From Spirogloea muscicola (lineage: Eukaryota): DNA of 64,000 bases. This document shows, piece by piece, positions 38,900 through 52,771 of this stretch (its first letter is position 1; each line of letters starts with the position of its first letter). The position numbers were made by a program, and so were the translations under genes. The stretch spans positions 1 to 64,000 of the forward strand of contig WELB01000001.1 in the NCBI GenBank assembly GCA_009602725.1, given 5' to 3'. A model generated the notes under the pieces. That model ran no database searches, was not told the DNA's origin, and saw only the letters and a program-made list of their open reading frames with translations.

Positions 38900-40835
38900 A
38901 TGGCCAAGCAGGTGCTTGTGGTCGGGTGCAGCAGTGGGGTCGGCTTACAGGTACTCACGATCACTTGCCTACCTTCATTTGGCCTGTACAACGTGGGTAC
39001 TGCACATACGAAATATGAAATTCTCTTGATACGTCAATTTGTAGTTTCTCATGCCATCGGCTGAAGATTGGGGTGCGCAAGTGCAGCCGCTACCGCCCCC
39101 CCTCTCTGTCCCCCGTATGTCTGTCTATGTTGTGTGTGCTGGGGTTGCTGGGACGTTTTCAATCAGCGGCGTGACTGTGATTGCAGGTCACAATGCAGCT
39201 TCTCGAAGTTCCTGGTCACTTTGAAGTGTACGCACTTACCCGCAACCAGCAAAGGGCTGCTCGTGCTGTTGGTGAGTCCTGCCGTAGCTGCTGTATAGCA
39301 GCTACTCCTGTATCTCTCCTAGGACCTAGGGACTCGGTTAAGCTTACACTTAGCCAGCCTTGACGCGATTATGGTGAGGGTTACATGCACGGCCATTGAC
39401 AACAATGTGGGATCACTGTCAGGCATAGGAGCCTCGAGAGTGAAGTTCGTTCGAGGCGATGTGACCGACTCAAGGACGCTGCAAGCTGCTTGCATGGGGA
39501 AGGATGCTGTCATTTGTTGCCTGGCTGCACGTGCAGGTGAGGTGGTGCAACATGGTTTTGCATACACAGATACAGATGCTGTGCTGTGTCCATGACGGTT
39601 TCCCAAATGCCATGCAGATGATGGAGGTCTACAGTCACGGATATGTGACGAAGAGCAAAGCTTGTGTTTTGGAATCCTAATGTACATCATGAGCACTCAA
39701 ACGAAAGATCCTAGACATGCGAGTGGTTTGCCCAACTATGTCATCAACTGGTGCCTTTTCCCTAGATTGACTTATGAAGCAATTGCATATTATACACTAC
39801 ATCTGGCTGCAGGATGGCGGCTGCCGTGGAATAATCGGGACACTCCAAAGTATGTCGACTACTTGGGTGTTGAAAATCTTGCGAAAGCAGCAGCAGAAGC
39901 AGGAGTGCCGAAGTTAATACTGACGTCATGTCTGGTTTGTATACCAAAAACTCTGCCACAAACAAAAGGCACAAGTTGTCCTGAGATGCAGGCGCTTGAA
40001 GAGTGAGATTGAGGTGCGCGCATCCTCTCATGATGGTAATTGATCAATGATTGTATTTTGCTCCTGCACCACCTGGGAGTACAGTAAATTGCTATGTCCT
40101 TGCTGTTTGTGAGCAGGGTGTGACACGCATGAGCTTGACGAACTTGATTTTGAACGTCATGAAAGGACGAGTGATGCACTGGAAGTTTGAGGGTGAAAAG
40201 TAAGCATGCTCACTTTTACAACTCTTTGTAACGTGCATGAGAATACAGTGCATTGCAACCAGACCTTCGAGGAATGAAATTTGCAAGCTTAACATTATTG
40301 CAAACCTACCCAAGGATGTACAGAAGAAAAGAGTGAAGCATCTCATACACAGCTGTACTCACGCCCCTTATATGTACCTTCTGCACAGAGCACTCAAGCA
40401 GAGCTATAAAAAGCGCTCGGGGTTGTCTTACTACATCGTTCGTCCGGGTGGTCTCAACAATAAGGACGGGGGACAGGAAGGAATCATGATATCACAAGGG
40501 GATCGTATTAACGGGAGGATCTGCCGCAAAGATGTGGCTAGTGTTCTCGTAGGATGCCTTGAGGTAAAGTACAAGACATGATTAACGCGCTGAATTTAAA
40601 GACATTCAGCAAGCTTGATGTATACAGACTGGCTGCTGCCCTTTTCCTCGCAAGTACACAACATGCCCTGCAGAGAATTCTGACATTTATGGCTTCTCAT
40701 GGTGTGCAAATGCAGGACGCTGCACGGCCAAATGTGACTTTTGAAGTAGTGAATGATAAAACCCTTCCTCCGCCAGATATCAGCTCAATATTTACCCTCA
40801 TCCCAGATCCTGACATAGCTAGAGCTAGCCAGTGA
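38900..40835 (+). CDS. NAD(P)-binding Rossmann-fold protein (atypical SDR, NAD(P)H-binding/TIC62-like), 7 exons
   Basis: MAKQVLVVGCSSGVGLQ|..VYALTRN..|VRGDVTD..DAVICC|..PKYVDYLGVENLAKAAAEAGV..LTS|..WKFEGEK|..YYIVRPGGL..ICRKDVA|..TFEVVN. Confidence 0.93.
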
Positions 40836-42617
40836 GGCACACCTCTCCGACACCTCCTAGACTTGTCAATGTCGAACAAGATACTCCGAAGTGAAGGCAG
40901 TCGCTATATGCCGAGTATAAACGAAGGCTTGGCTAGAGCCAATGCAAGAAGTCTCCTGTGTAAGCTCTGGTCTGAATGCCAAAGCTCCAAGCACTTGAAT
41001 CTGATGAAACTTTCTTCTGAGCATCAAAGAGAATGTTGAGAGGAGACCAGGTTGTCGGTGTTCTTATTATCACCATCTGTGCACGAACTACGTACACCAA
41101 TGGACATGCTGAGCAGATAATCTAGTAACCCAATGAGTAGTCTGGGCCATCACTTTCTCCACAAGTGCAATCTGTGGTACTGGATTGTGTGACTTGGAAT
41201 GAAAAGTATGCAATCTGCAGATGTGATTTGATATTTGCCAACTGTCCATAGTATTATCTCTACTGAAGGGCAGAATTTTGCCCTGTAAATGAAAGAGATA
41301 TACCATCTCTACTGAAGGACAACTTTCTGCCCTGTATAATGAGAGAGATAGGCACCAGAAATTGAGTATTACTGGAACCTGGACATGCATGCATGAAGTG
41401 AAATACTGCCATGGGTCGCTCCATCTCCAAGACCGACGCTTGCGGCCTGAATTCAGTGAGTGGCCTAGGTAAGAGGACCAACCAAGGAAGGGCACTTACC
41501 CTTCTTATCTACTCCATGGTGATCACAGCGCAATTCCGGAAACCCACATTTCCTGACTCCTGGGCCAGCGCAAGCGCGCTGCGATGCACATTGTGGCTCG
41601 CCGTGTTGCAGAAAGGCTGGTCAAGTCGATATGATACCCGACTGAAGCATGCAAATGTGGGTTGCAGACTCACCCTTGGCCAAATGCTGGAAGCGCCTGG
41701 CAGCGCCAACACCCAGCCCCCATGCGCAACAAATCACTGAGTTTTATGTGCAACGCAGCTGCTTGGAAGCAGCCCAACTGCAGCTGACCCTTTGTGCGAA
41801 ACAAGAAATGCTTGCAACTTAAGCACTGAGCTGCACGCTCTGCTCCCTTCTACACCATGACTTCCTTCAACATCATGCTTGCCACTAACCTTGTCCACCT
41901 GGACAGACTCTACTGGGCAATTGCAGTACCAAGCATGCCACCACCTATCGGCAGCTCGTGTACAGCTCCTCAACCTGGCCCAAGCGCATAACAGCACGCA
42001 AGAAGCTATAGCAGGTTGATGCCAAGCACGTGTCAGCCCAGATGAGGAGCAGCATCTCACGCCAAAACTACATGTGATCATGACCCACGGCGGCCTCCAC
42101 ACCGTTGCTCAAGCGTATGTTACCCCTGACCTGCAGCAATGCATGCGACAAACCATAACAAATGAATAATGACCCATATCGCAACATCACTTCATATAGA
42201 GAACTGCTACAGAAGCCTAGCAAATGAAAAAAGGTTGACGACAATTACATAAAATGTTGGACATTGCTAGCCTCCGACACAGCAAAACCTCATAGAAGCA
42301 GCTTCCAGTGGTGATGCAGCGACCACTGTGACTCACTTCATAGATGTTATTGTAAATTGTCTGTTAAAGCATATAGCTATTTTTCAATGCATCTTAGAGC
42401 GTTGAAAGCAAAGCTGGGCAAAAGTGCCTGATGGGTGCTTGCAAGAGGTGAAGTCTTTGCCATCGTGAGTATATCCAGGTTGTAGCAAAATGGACACATG
42501 AAGGGGTGCTGTGTTCCTTGCATGACCCTTGTTCAAATCTTAGCGACCATGACTGACAGGTAAGGGCAATTCCTCGGTTAGAGGCGCAAGGGCTTTGACC
42601 TGTAAGCTTTTGACATG

Positions 42618-45600
42618 CTACTCGCTGCTGTCATCGTCCGAGGGCTCCTTATGTCTGCTGGTCCTTTTCGAGCGCTTCTCACGTACACTCATCCGCCTGC
42701 TTTTCCTGCGCTTGTGACTGCTGCTGCGTGCCTTTATAATTTTCGCACTGCCTTGCACTCTGTCATTCTCTTCACTGCTGGGGGCCGTGTCTGACGACCT
42801 CGAAGCTGATGGGGTATTGTCGCGCTGCCGTCGCCGCTTCCTCTCCCTCTCCCTCTTCTTGGCCCTGAGGCGCCTCTCCCTAATCTCATCTGAGTTGTCG
42901 CTGTCATACTTGCGGTCCACACCTTTCTCCTCTTCCTCACTCCCTCTGTCCATGGATATATCAGCCCTCCTGCTCTGCTGATCTCTCTCTCCATGTATTT
43001 TGCTTTTCCGCTTCATCAGCCGTGAGTCCTCAGCTTCGTCGTCCTCTGAATTCTCTTCGCGCTTCTTCTCTTCCACCAGCCTCTCGCCTCCACCTCCTCC
43101 CGCTACTTCCATGTCCCTCTCATCACCATCAGATGGTTGCTTCCCAGTGACGTTTGACAAGTCTTGCTTCAGCTCCCCATCTGTAAAGATGTAAGACAGG
43201 AAGCGGCATTGGCTCAAGGATGGCAGCATGTCTGAAACAGTAGGCATTGAGAAAGGGGCAGTGAGCAAGGTAAGCACAAGGCAAGGTGCAATCAACACAA
43301 GCATTGATTTAGCATGTCCGTTATCCAGATGGAAAGCTCTCAGCTGCGGAGAGCTGACCGTGTTTCTCAGGATAAGGTCCATGCTCCACATGATTACTCT
43401 CATGCTTCTCCACCACAACACTGGCTGCCTCAGCCTCCCTGGCTGCCAGCTTGGCGGCCTTCATCCGCTTCTTCATCTCAGCTCTGACCTGGAAAGCCTT
43501 GGCCCTCACCCGTGCCAGCTCGAGCTCCTTCTCAAGCTCCCTCACCCTCTCCTCCTCCTGGCGCCACCTCTCCTCGCCACTGTCGGAATCGTCGGAGCCA
43601 GCAGCGCCTTTGGGGCTCTTGCCCAGCTCGGGTGTGCTGACCCTCGCCTGCTCCTCGTCTTCGTTGGGCGTCGCATCACCATCTGAGTCATGCTTCGGCT
43701 GCACAACCGCCGTGGCTGCCTCCTCCTGCCTCTCAACCTCTTCTCGGCCGTTCGCTGCCGCCTCTCTGGCTTCTCTTGCCCTCTGCTTCTCCTCCTCTGC
43801 CATGGCCAGCACTGTATCATCTCCATCCTGCTCCCCCATGTCCTCCTTATCTTCCAGCACTCCAAAATTTTGCCCATCACTTGCAGGCCCCTTTGCCATC
43901 GGCTCCACCATGTCATCTTGCCCCCTTGCATCAGCTGGCTTCAGCCCCACGGGTTCCTCTAATTCTCTCCGTGACAGTAACTCAGCATCTTGCTCCTTGG
44001 CCAAACCATCCTCGTCCTCGGCTCTCTTCTTCTCCCTGTCTCGAGCCCTCCTCCGCTTCCGCTCCTTGTGCCGCTCCCTCTCCAAGTCCCGCCCCCTCCT
44101 CTTCCTTCCCTTCCGCTTCGCCTCGGCAGAGCCTCCCTCAGACCCCGAAGCCGCCTCTTCTGCACCCGACTCCGAGCTCCCCCTCGCCAGCTTTGCCTCT
44201 TCTCCCAACTGGGGCTGCTGTAAGGCCTCCTCACTGCTGTCCCCGGCCTGACTTGCCCTCCTGCTCTTGTGCTTCCTCCGACTCCTGTGCCCTGCCCGCT
44301 CTTCGTCCTCCTTCTCCTCCTTCCTCTGCTCAGCGCCACTGAGAGCAGCCCCATCCTCGCCGGCCACTCCTTGTGGTGCTTTGACCTCAACAATCGGATC
44401 AGAAGCCTCCACATTTTCCACTTCATCTTGGAACATTGTGGCGTTATCAGGTAGCAACTTGAGCTCCTCTGACAGGAACCCCACAACGCCTTCACCTCCT
44501 TCGTGTTCTTTGACCACATCAGCCTCCAGGAGCTCTGGAGTGACCTCCTCGAGCTTCACCATCTCCTCAGCGGCTCCTGATCCACTCACACCGTTCCTAA
44601 TGGGCTGCGCAACCTCCGCCTGAACCTCCTCCTCGCCCTCCAGTGCCGGCTTCCGTATCTCCATCTCCTCGGAGTATGACTTCAGGTCGCTATCTATGCT
44701 GCTGTCAGACGGCTGCTTGACAGCAATCTGCTCAGCATCTGGCAGCTTTGCTGAGTCGTCATCCACTGGGACGTCCGAGGCACTCGGCAAGACCTCCTCC
44801 TTTGCCGCACCTGCCAACTCTGCAGCCTTATCGTCACCTTCGGAGGCAGCGGACTCACTCATCTCCTCGAGCTCATCCGCAGCAGGGCCCTTGACTGCCA
44901 GCTTTGGCTGAACCTGCGCCTCATCCTCCTCCTTCTCCCTCTTGGCCAAGCTCCGGCTGGGGCTCAAGCTCCGGCTGGCGCTGGGCTTGCTGGACCGCCG
45001 CTCCTCCTGGCTGTCCTGCTCGTCCTCGCCCCACCGACCCAGGCGCCGGACGCTGTCCTCCTGACTGGAGAGGCTGCGCCCCCGGTGCCTCCGCTTGTCC
45101 CTCCGCTTGTCATAGCTGCTGACCTTCTCATCGTCACGCTCGTTATAAGACCGGTGACTCCGGCGGGAGTGCCGCCGCTCCCGGTCCCTGTCTCTGTCGT
45201 GCTCATTAGTTCGATCTCTATCGCGCCGACTGCGACGGTGTTTGTAGCCATCGGAGTCCCTGTCGCGATCTCGTTCCCGGTCCTGATTACGGTCGCGGTC
45301 CCGGTCTCGGTCACGGTCCCGAGTGCGGTCCCGATCATGGTCTCGGTCTCTATCTCTGTGTCGCTCTCGGTCTCGATCCCTGTCCCTTTGCCGGTCCCGC
45401 TCCCTGATTGACGAGCGGTGGTCCTTGTCCCTCCTCTCGCGGCTCCGGCTCCGCCTGTCCCGGCTGCAGGACGGAGATGCAGACCGCCGCCGCGAGCGCC
45501 GCCGGGCCGGAGAGGGGGACCGCGAGCGTGAGCGGGAGCGGGACTTGGACTTGGTGCGAACAGGCGGAGAGCTGGACCTGCCATTCCGCACCACAACATT

Positions 45601-46859
45601 GATGACATCAGGCATCACAAACAGAAGCTTCTCCACAAAACCACAGTACCATACATTCTATAGATTAACATGTGGACTCTGGCTACATGCCTGTACACTG
45701 CCCTTAACCACTCCAAGCTAAATCAGCCCCCTAACAAGCTCCAGCTCCGGCTCCATGTCCACTTCCGCAGCAACTTCAAAACAGGAGGCCAAGGCTGCAC
45801 ACCTGCTCTCATCATCCTCCTTGGTGTCAGTCCCTGCTAGCGTCAGCTTCCGACTGATCTCAGCAGCCCTTGCCGCTGCCATCTCCGCAGCTGTCTGCAC
45901 GTCGCTGGTCCTTACGGCCGCCTGCTGTGCCGCCAACGCCTGCTGCATTGCCAGCGCCTGCTGGAAGTGGAGCTGAAAAAGCCAAGATTCTATCACGGAG
46001 GTCAGAACAGGGTGATGAGCTGCGCCACAATGATCAATGTAACTGACAATGATACTTGCTACTTTGCAGATGAGGCGACATCCTGCATGGTAGAAGCAAG
46101 GCAACGATTGTGTCATCATCTCAGACTTTGGCCCAAGTTCTAGTCAGGTGCTCACCAAGGCAGCGGCCGGTTGCCCCATCTGCATGCCGGGGATGCCGCC
46201 CATCGCGCCGGGCCCCATGAGGCCCTGCATGCCATTCTGGGGCAGGTGGCTGTACTTGCAATCGAGGCGGATGCAGCGCCCGTTGAGGAAGTCCTTGCAC
46301 ACCTCCGGCACCGGCGTGCGGCCGGAGCTGGCGAGGCCTGGAAACATCCCCGGGAACATGCCGCCGCTGCCGAACGCGCCGGGGTTGAAGGACGGCGACG
46401 CGAGCGCCGCCGCCGCCGCGGCGGGTTGCGGCTGCACGAGGCCGGACTGGCTGGCGAGGGTGGGGACAGCGGGCGCGCCGGCGCCGCTGGCGAAGAAGAC
46501 TTGGAAGGGGCTGCCCTCGATGTACTCGCCGTTGCAGGTGACGTGCACGGAGTAGTCGCCGCGCTGTGCCACCGAGTACGTGACGCTGTACGTGCCGTCG
46601 CGGTGGTCCTTGACGGCGGCGACGTGCTCGGAGCCGCCGATGGACGGGCCGGGGACGACGCGCACGTAGACCAGCGCACCGCCGTGCGTGACGCGCCGCC
46701 CGGCGCCGTCCTTGGTGATCACGGCGAAGGACGCGGTAGCGCCGGCGGCGCCGCCGGTGACGCCCGTGCCCGCCGCGCTGCAGCGCTTGGGGTCCACGGG
46801 CCCCGGCTTGCCGCCCAGCTCCTCAGACTGCAGGGCGCCAGCTGCGGCCGCTGCCGCCG
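42618..46859 (-). CDS. Filamin-repeat, CCCH zinc finger and RS/RD-rich putative splicing regulator; N-terminus lost at the gap
   Basis: GPVDPKRCSAAG..FAVITKD..VKDHRDGTYSVTY..GDYSVHVTCNGEYIEGSPFQV (filamin); EVCKDFLNGRCIRLDCKYSH (CCCH); FQQALAMQQ..AAARAAEISRKL; then long RS/RD and acidic exons to the stop at 42620-42618. Confidence 0.9.
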
Positions 46860-46860
46860 N

Positions 46861-46974
<114 letters not shown>

Positions 46975-47603
46975 CGCCGCCGCCGCCGCCGCGGCTGCCG
47001 CCGCCGCTGCCGCCGCCGCCGCCGCCGGCGGGAGATGAGCCACGGCACTGCGGCCTCAGAACCTCTAGTACTCTCCTAGGGGCCGCCGCCGCGCCCGAGT
47101 CATCCCGGCTGCCCCTGCGGTAACCACGAACCACTCCCATCGAGTCGCGGTACACGGCTTAGATCTGAATCCGTTGCTGAGAGTTAGGCGGACTAGCCCG
47201 TCCTCTGTCTTGGCTTGGTAGCATGGTAACGGCATGCGCCCTCGTCAAGCCACCGTTACAGAGTAGGGTTTTGGACCATACAGCCTAATCCTCAGGAACC
47301 TAGTTGCCATTAAAGGCAATGGCTTGTGAGAGGGCAGCCAAAAGAGGGTCAGGGCGCGGCGGTGCGCATGATGAAATGGAGGCCAAATCAAGGCAATGCA
47401 ATGTTCAGGCGGCACCTAGTGCAGCAAATAAGGCTACATGAAACGAAGCCCTACCGTGAAGTGCTAGACTGTAAACATTCTCAGAGGGGGGCCAAGGTCT
47501 GCGAAGTGCCGATGCCCAGAGCCTCCACCTGCGCCCGCGCTCAGCAGCCATGGATGCCAGCGGCCGCGCCGCCTCGCGCCGGCGCCCGTCGAGCTAACGA
47601 CCG

Positions 47604-47624
47604 ATGACGAACGCGCCGGCGCCG

Positions 47625-47658
<34 letters not shown>

Positions 47659-50600
47659 AGGAGGAGGAGGAGGAGGAGGAGGAGGAGCTTGATTTAGAGG
47701 AAGGCGAGATTGGCGGCGACGGCTGCCAGTCCTCGGTCCCGCGCACTGCAGAAGCTCCTGACGGCGACGGCGCCGGTCGCGTCTGCGACGCTGCGGCGGG
47801 CCCCTCGCCGCGCGTCCTTGCCCAGCCAGGTCCTCTCCAGGCCCGGGAAGTCCCTTGCTGGCCCTGGCATGCTCGGGCTCATCAGCAGGAAGCACTGAAT
47901 GGCGCTCAATTAGCACAGTGTCCGCATTATGAAGGCACTAGGTTGTTGTCTCTTAATATGTTCTCCCAATCTTCAGCTGATTATGGTGGCCTGCACCAAT
48001 CCTGCATTCTTAGGAGAGAAGCGCAAGGGCTGCGCTAGGAGGCAAGCTAAGAAGCAGCGCCAACGCGTCGCAGCTGGGAAGGGGTCCTCCGCCGATTACT
48101 TCGACGTATACGGTCCTCAGGCAAGCTTCCCATTCCTATTTGTGCGACGTGCCGAGTACTTTGCTGATGGAGAGGCTGTTGAGAGTCCTACTTGCTCAGA
48201 TTCCGCTCGCTTGAGTAATCAGGCACTGAAGTACACAGCAATATAACCGCCCAGACATGCAGGGTGGTGGGGTTTGGTTGACAGTAAACCTACATCTTGT
48301 GGTCTATTTTCCTTGACAGGCCCGGGCTGAGATTATAGTTCATCAGCCCGAGAAAGCAGATGCCAAGCTTAAGTTGCAAGACATCCAGGGCCTCATCTGT
48401 TGGCTGCTCGCAGATGGCATGTCACCTCGATGGATATTTGTTAAGGTGCAGTTTGTATGAGATCTGCTTGCACTGAGAGACCTGCTTGCACAGAGATTGT
48501 TCCAGCTACACTCTGTCTGCTTTTGCAATCAAGAGAAGATACACAGAAGTGACATAATATGACACAGACGATACATTAGGCAAAGTTTTGTGCAGATTAT
48601 AGGGTGCATTGAGCGCTTGCAGTCTGTAGGCTGTGAGAAGAAAAAATGTTGGAGACCTTATAGACAAGCGTGCACCCTTGAGGTAGTCAACGTCTTACTT
48701 TTGTTTGGGGTAAGCAACAGTTGTGACAAGATCTGGCTGTCAAGCTCAAAGCATCTTCATTTGACCTGAACTCAATGTCTGTACTTACAGAATAAGCCAC
48801 TAGTCTCCAAGGTGGTCTTCCTCTACATACCTGGTTTGGATGCCCATCTGTACCAGGCCCAAAGTGACCTCTTTCCGAATCTTGGCCAGATTTGTAACAC
48901 CCACCGAATTGTTACTGCTGTCAGGTGTGATTACATAGCTGCGCTACTCTAAGTTACAAAAAGTGGCACCTTAGCGGTACTGTGGTGGTAGGTTGCATGT
49001 CTGAAGAGAGCTTTCAAAGGTTTGCAAGTTAGTGCAGACACTGTTGATCTAAAATTGCAACACATCTTTGATTCATTTCAAGCCATTCAGCTGCCTTGCC
49101 GTCATGCGTATTGGCAGTACTGAATTATCATGTCTATGCAAAATCTTCCACCTTGAAAACGTGAGATCTGTTCTCAGTACTTGATGTTGGACTTGACAGC
49201 TAGCAAGCCAATCCAAAATTAAAAATTTTTTAATTAGTCCCTGCAGGGACTGGATGCGCTTGAGTAGCAAGTCAGCACCCGCGTGCGCTCATTGTCTGGT
49301 GCTGAGGGTCCTCTTGTATGCTGCAGCACAACTGTGGATGCGATGAGGACAATCCAGTCCTTGTTGACTGTTCCTATGACCAAGAAGCAGAAGGAGGTAG
49401 GTTGTCAACATTATATTCTCAATTCCTGATCATGATCAACCACATACCATCCCACCAATACCATTACCATACAGCCACTCACTGCACCAGGCACTCTGCA
49501 TGCCTGCGAGATTGCATATGTGTCTCAGCATGTTACTGATTGGTGGTCATGATCTGGTCTCTCCTTTCTCTGTGTTGCTCGGCTCTTGATAGTATCCTTG
49601 TTGTATCAGCTTGTGAGACTGTGATACTGGCTGTTTGCAGAAAGAAAGCACTTCCGCATCAAAGAGTACTTCAAAATCAAGCAGCGCTGCGGGAGTGGTA
49701 CATGCAAAATGCAGCCCCAAAACGGAGGGTATTGAAAGGGCAGCAATGAGTCAAACCCAAATGAAGGCCACTGTGGTCAGAGAGTCTGAATCATGTAGGC
49801 TCTGCCAAAACCTGAACAGCAAGCAGTAGAGCAGCCTGAGCATAGTGCTGAGCAGCCTGTTCCTGAACAGCCCTCTACAGATCACTGATCTGTCAGCTTG
49901 ACTAGGTGTATACATGTTTTTGCATCGCTTAATCTGGTCTTGCTTGCGCAACTGATATGCTTATCATGCTGCATGCTCATGTTGTCCTTCCTTTCCAGTT
50001 GACGATCACGGAGCCTCAAGCTTGCAGGCCAACGGCTGTCACGCACCACCCTTCCCGCCTTCTTATTATCTGCTCACGAGAGGAGAGATGATTGAACAGG
50101 GGTATCCAATTCCCCGTGAGGTCGGGGATGCAAGCTGCTGCCCTGAAGGTCAGCAGCATTGACCAGCCTTTGATGTCCAGGACCTCTGGAAGCTGCAGCA
50201 ACCATTCGCTGAAGATGATATTATTCGTGCACCTAATCCATATAGTAGAGCCTTCTTTGGCGCATTTCTTGCAGGTTATCTCATGACAAAATTAGCTGGC
50301 GGGAAGCCAAAGCATGAGATGCTCGCAATTGATTGCGAGATGGTAAGACAGAATGGGCCTCTGAGGAAGGACTTTACTAGCATCTGTTCCTGCTCATGTG
50401 CATGTTGCTGGCCTTTAAACAGACTGCAGCTAGTTGTCAATAAAGTTACATGCTTGGTTGTTTTACTTTTGCCATGTGACAGTGCTACACAAAGAAGGGC
50501 TTGGAGCTCACGCGTGTAACAGTTGTCGACTCCGCAGGCAAGGTGGCCTCCTTGGGGACAACCTATGCAATGTCTGAAGCCATGCATATTTTATGTACTT

Positions 50601-52771
50601 CCTAATCTGCATCATTGTAATGACTACATCGTCAGTGTTTGATATATATGATCTATTATGCATTTGCCGTTGTAACAAGGTCAGCCGGAGTTAACTCATG
50701 CAATATTTTGTAAGACAGGTCCTCTATGACACCCTGGTCCTGCCTGCTTGTCCCATAACTGACTACAACACACTGTAAGGGGTCTCATCGGCTTGTCTGC
50801 GTCAGAATTCACTGCTTGTGCCATGCGGGGCCTCGACAAGAGTTGCTTGAAGATGTGATCCGAATTCTACTGTGATCAGCTTGATCACATAACCTTCACA
50901 TACTCATACCAGCACCATTGAAGTAGAGTTTCTGAATGAGGAATGACTCAGAATCCATTCTCTCATTGGGGCTTGTGTTAAATTGTCAGTTGACTGTTTT
51001 GAGCAGGTACAGTGGCATCACAAAGGAGATGATGGATGGTGTAAGAACAAGTGTGCTGGATGTGCAAGTGCGTGCTGCTTCGCATGTGCTTCAGTTTTAA
51101 TTCCAGCTCTTACAAACTGTTTGCCATCTCATCATACGTCAGATAGCAAATCAAAAACAAGCAGGCATTTGTGGGTGTTGTTATGTTGCTCCTTTTCCCA
51201 TTATGCAGGGTGCACGAGCTAGTCTGATCAAGTTGCTCTTGGCAATGGATGCAGAATGTTATGCTTGACTTCATAAGTGCTGAGACGATTCTGGTGGGTC
51301 ATTCGCTTCAAAGTGATCTCCAGCAGCTGCAGATTGTACATTTGCGGGTCATCGACACAGCTGTCATCTTCGCGCATCCAAGGGGTCCTCCCTTCCGGCC
51401 TGCTCTCAGGGTGCTGGCTGAGAAGCTCCTTCAGAGGACCATCCAGGACAGTCAAAAAGGCCATGATAGCGTGGAGGATGCGAGGGCTGCCATGGACCTT
51501 GCTCTGCTGAAGATCCGTAATGGTGAATCTTTTAGCTGATCTCTTGGTCACTGCCCCATTGCTGTCAGCTCCCCAACATCGTACAGGATTCCAACAGATG
51601 CTAACTATGTGCAAAGTTAGCAAGACTCTGCAGACGCAGCAAGGTCAGGCGCAGAATTTGTGATAGCAATCTTGAGTCGTAATGTCTGCGCTCCTGACAG
51701 TCAGACCTCTACTCTGCCTTTGGCTGACAGATACGACACGCCGCTGCTACTGGTTTTGCAATGTTGTCCTAGTCAATTGCTTTGTAGCTGACTCAAGCTG
51801 TCATCCCACCTTCACGGGCAGGGCCGTCTTTTGGCGAGGCTAGGTCTGTGGATCCTGGAGTGAGCCTACTCAGTTTGCTTGGGCGGAATGGTAGACGGTG
51901 CTCTCTGATCGACAGACGGAGCATGCTTCACAGATTCGCCACCGACTCCTCCTCTGCATTAGTCTGCTCCACAGATCGAGATGTTGTGGCGAAGGCCCAG
52001 AAGGAGGTAAAGAGTCAGAGGCGAAGCAGCTCTGCAAGCCAACCACTTTTTCACACTGGAGAAGAGACTCGCATGAGCTTATATCCATTATAAGCTTGGG
52101 AGGCTATATTTACACACTTCCTTGCGGCCTGTGAGAAAGCAACTGCCTGAATTATTCCACTTTACTTGTTCACTGACCTTTCCTCTTGTCAAATGGCAGG
52201 TGAGGAATGTGGCCACGAGCTTTGTGTGGGCAAGGCTGCTGGAGCTGGCTGCACACCAGGATGCTGTTGCTCGCCAAGCGGACTCTACGAGTACCAGGAT
52301 GGCAGAGATGCAGGCTCTGCTGACTTGCAACCCAGGGGGGGAGGAGGCGTGCACACTGCCACCATTATCGCCTGAGCTTGCAGATGTCCTCACCCTCGTT
52401 GACAACAACGCAAGCGCCATTTGGGCAGCCTTACAGCCCAACACCGTTCTAATTATTGCTACGGGCCATGGAGACCTGCCATTTATCTCCAAGTGAGTGT
52501 ATATTCGCATACTGGATATCCACACTCTTCGTTTTCTGACCTCCAGGCATCTCGCCTTAGATTGTTAGCAATCTAATTTCACATACTCAAAAGCAGCCTT
52601 GCCTATAACAAGTCTGGTGTATGATTGTGCAGACTTCAGGAAATGAAGTGGAAGCGGCTTCAGTCGCAGCACACAGGACTGGCACGCTGGGATGACGCTG
52701 CCGAGGCTGTGGTCCGCGAGTGCCACAAGCGCGCCCGCCTGGGCCTGTGCTTTGTGGGCGTCAAGCAATGA
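47604..52771 (+). CDS. SDN5: DEDDh 3'-5' exonuclease, small RNA degrading nuclease 5 / REXO-like
   Basis: YFDVYGPQ|ARAE..LQDIQGLICWLLADGMSPRWIFVK|NKPLVSKVVFLYIPGLDA; ExoI MLAIDCEM|CYTKEGLELTRV; ExoII ILVGHSLQSDL; VIDTA; ExoIII GHDSVEDARAAMDL. Ends ARLGLCFVGVKQ* (TGA 52769-52771). Confidence 0.92.
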
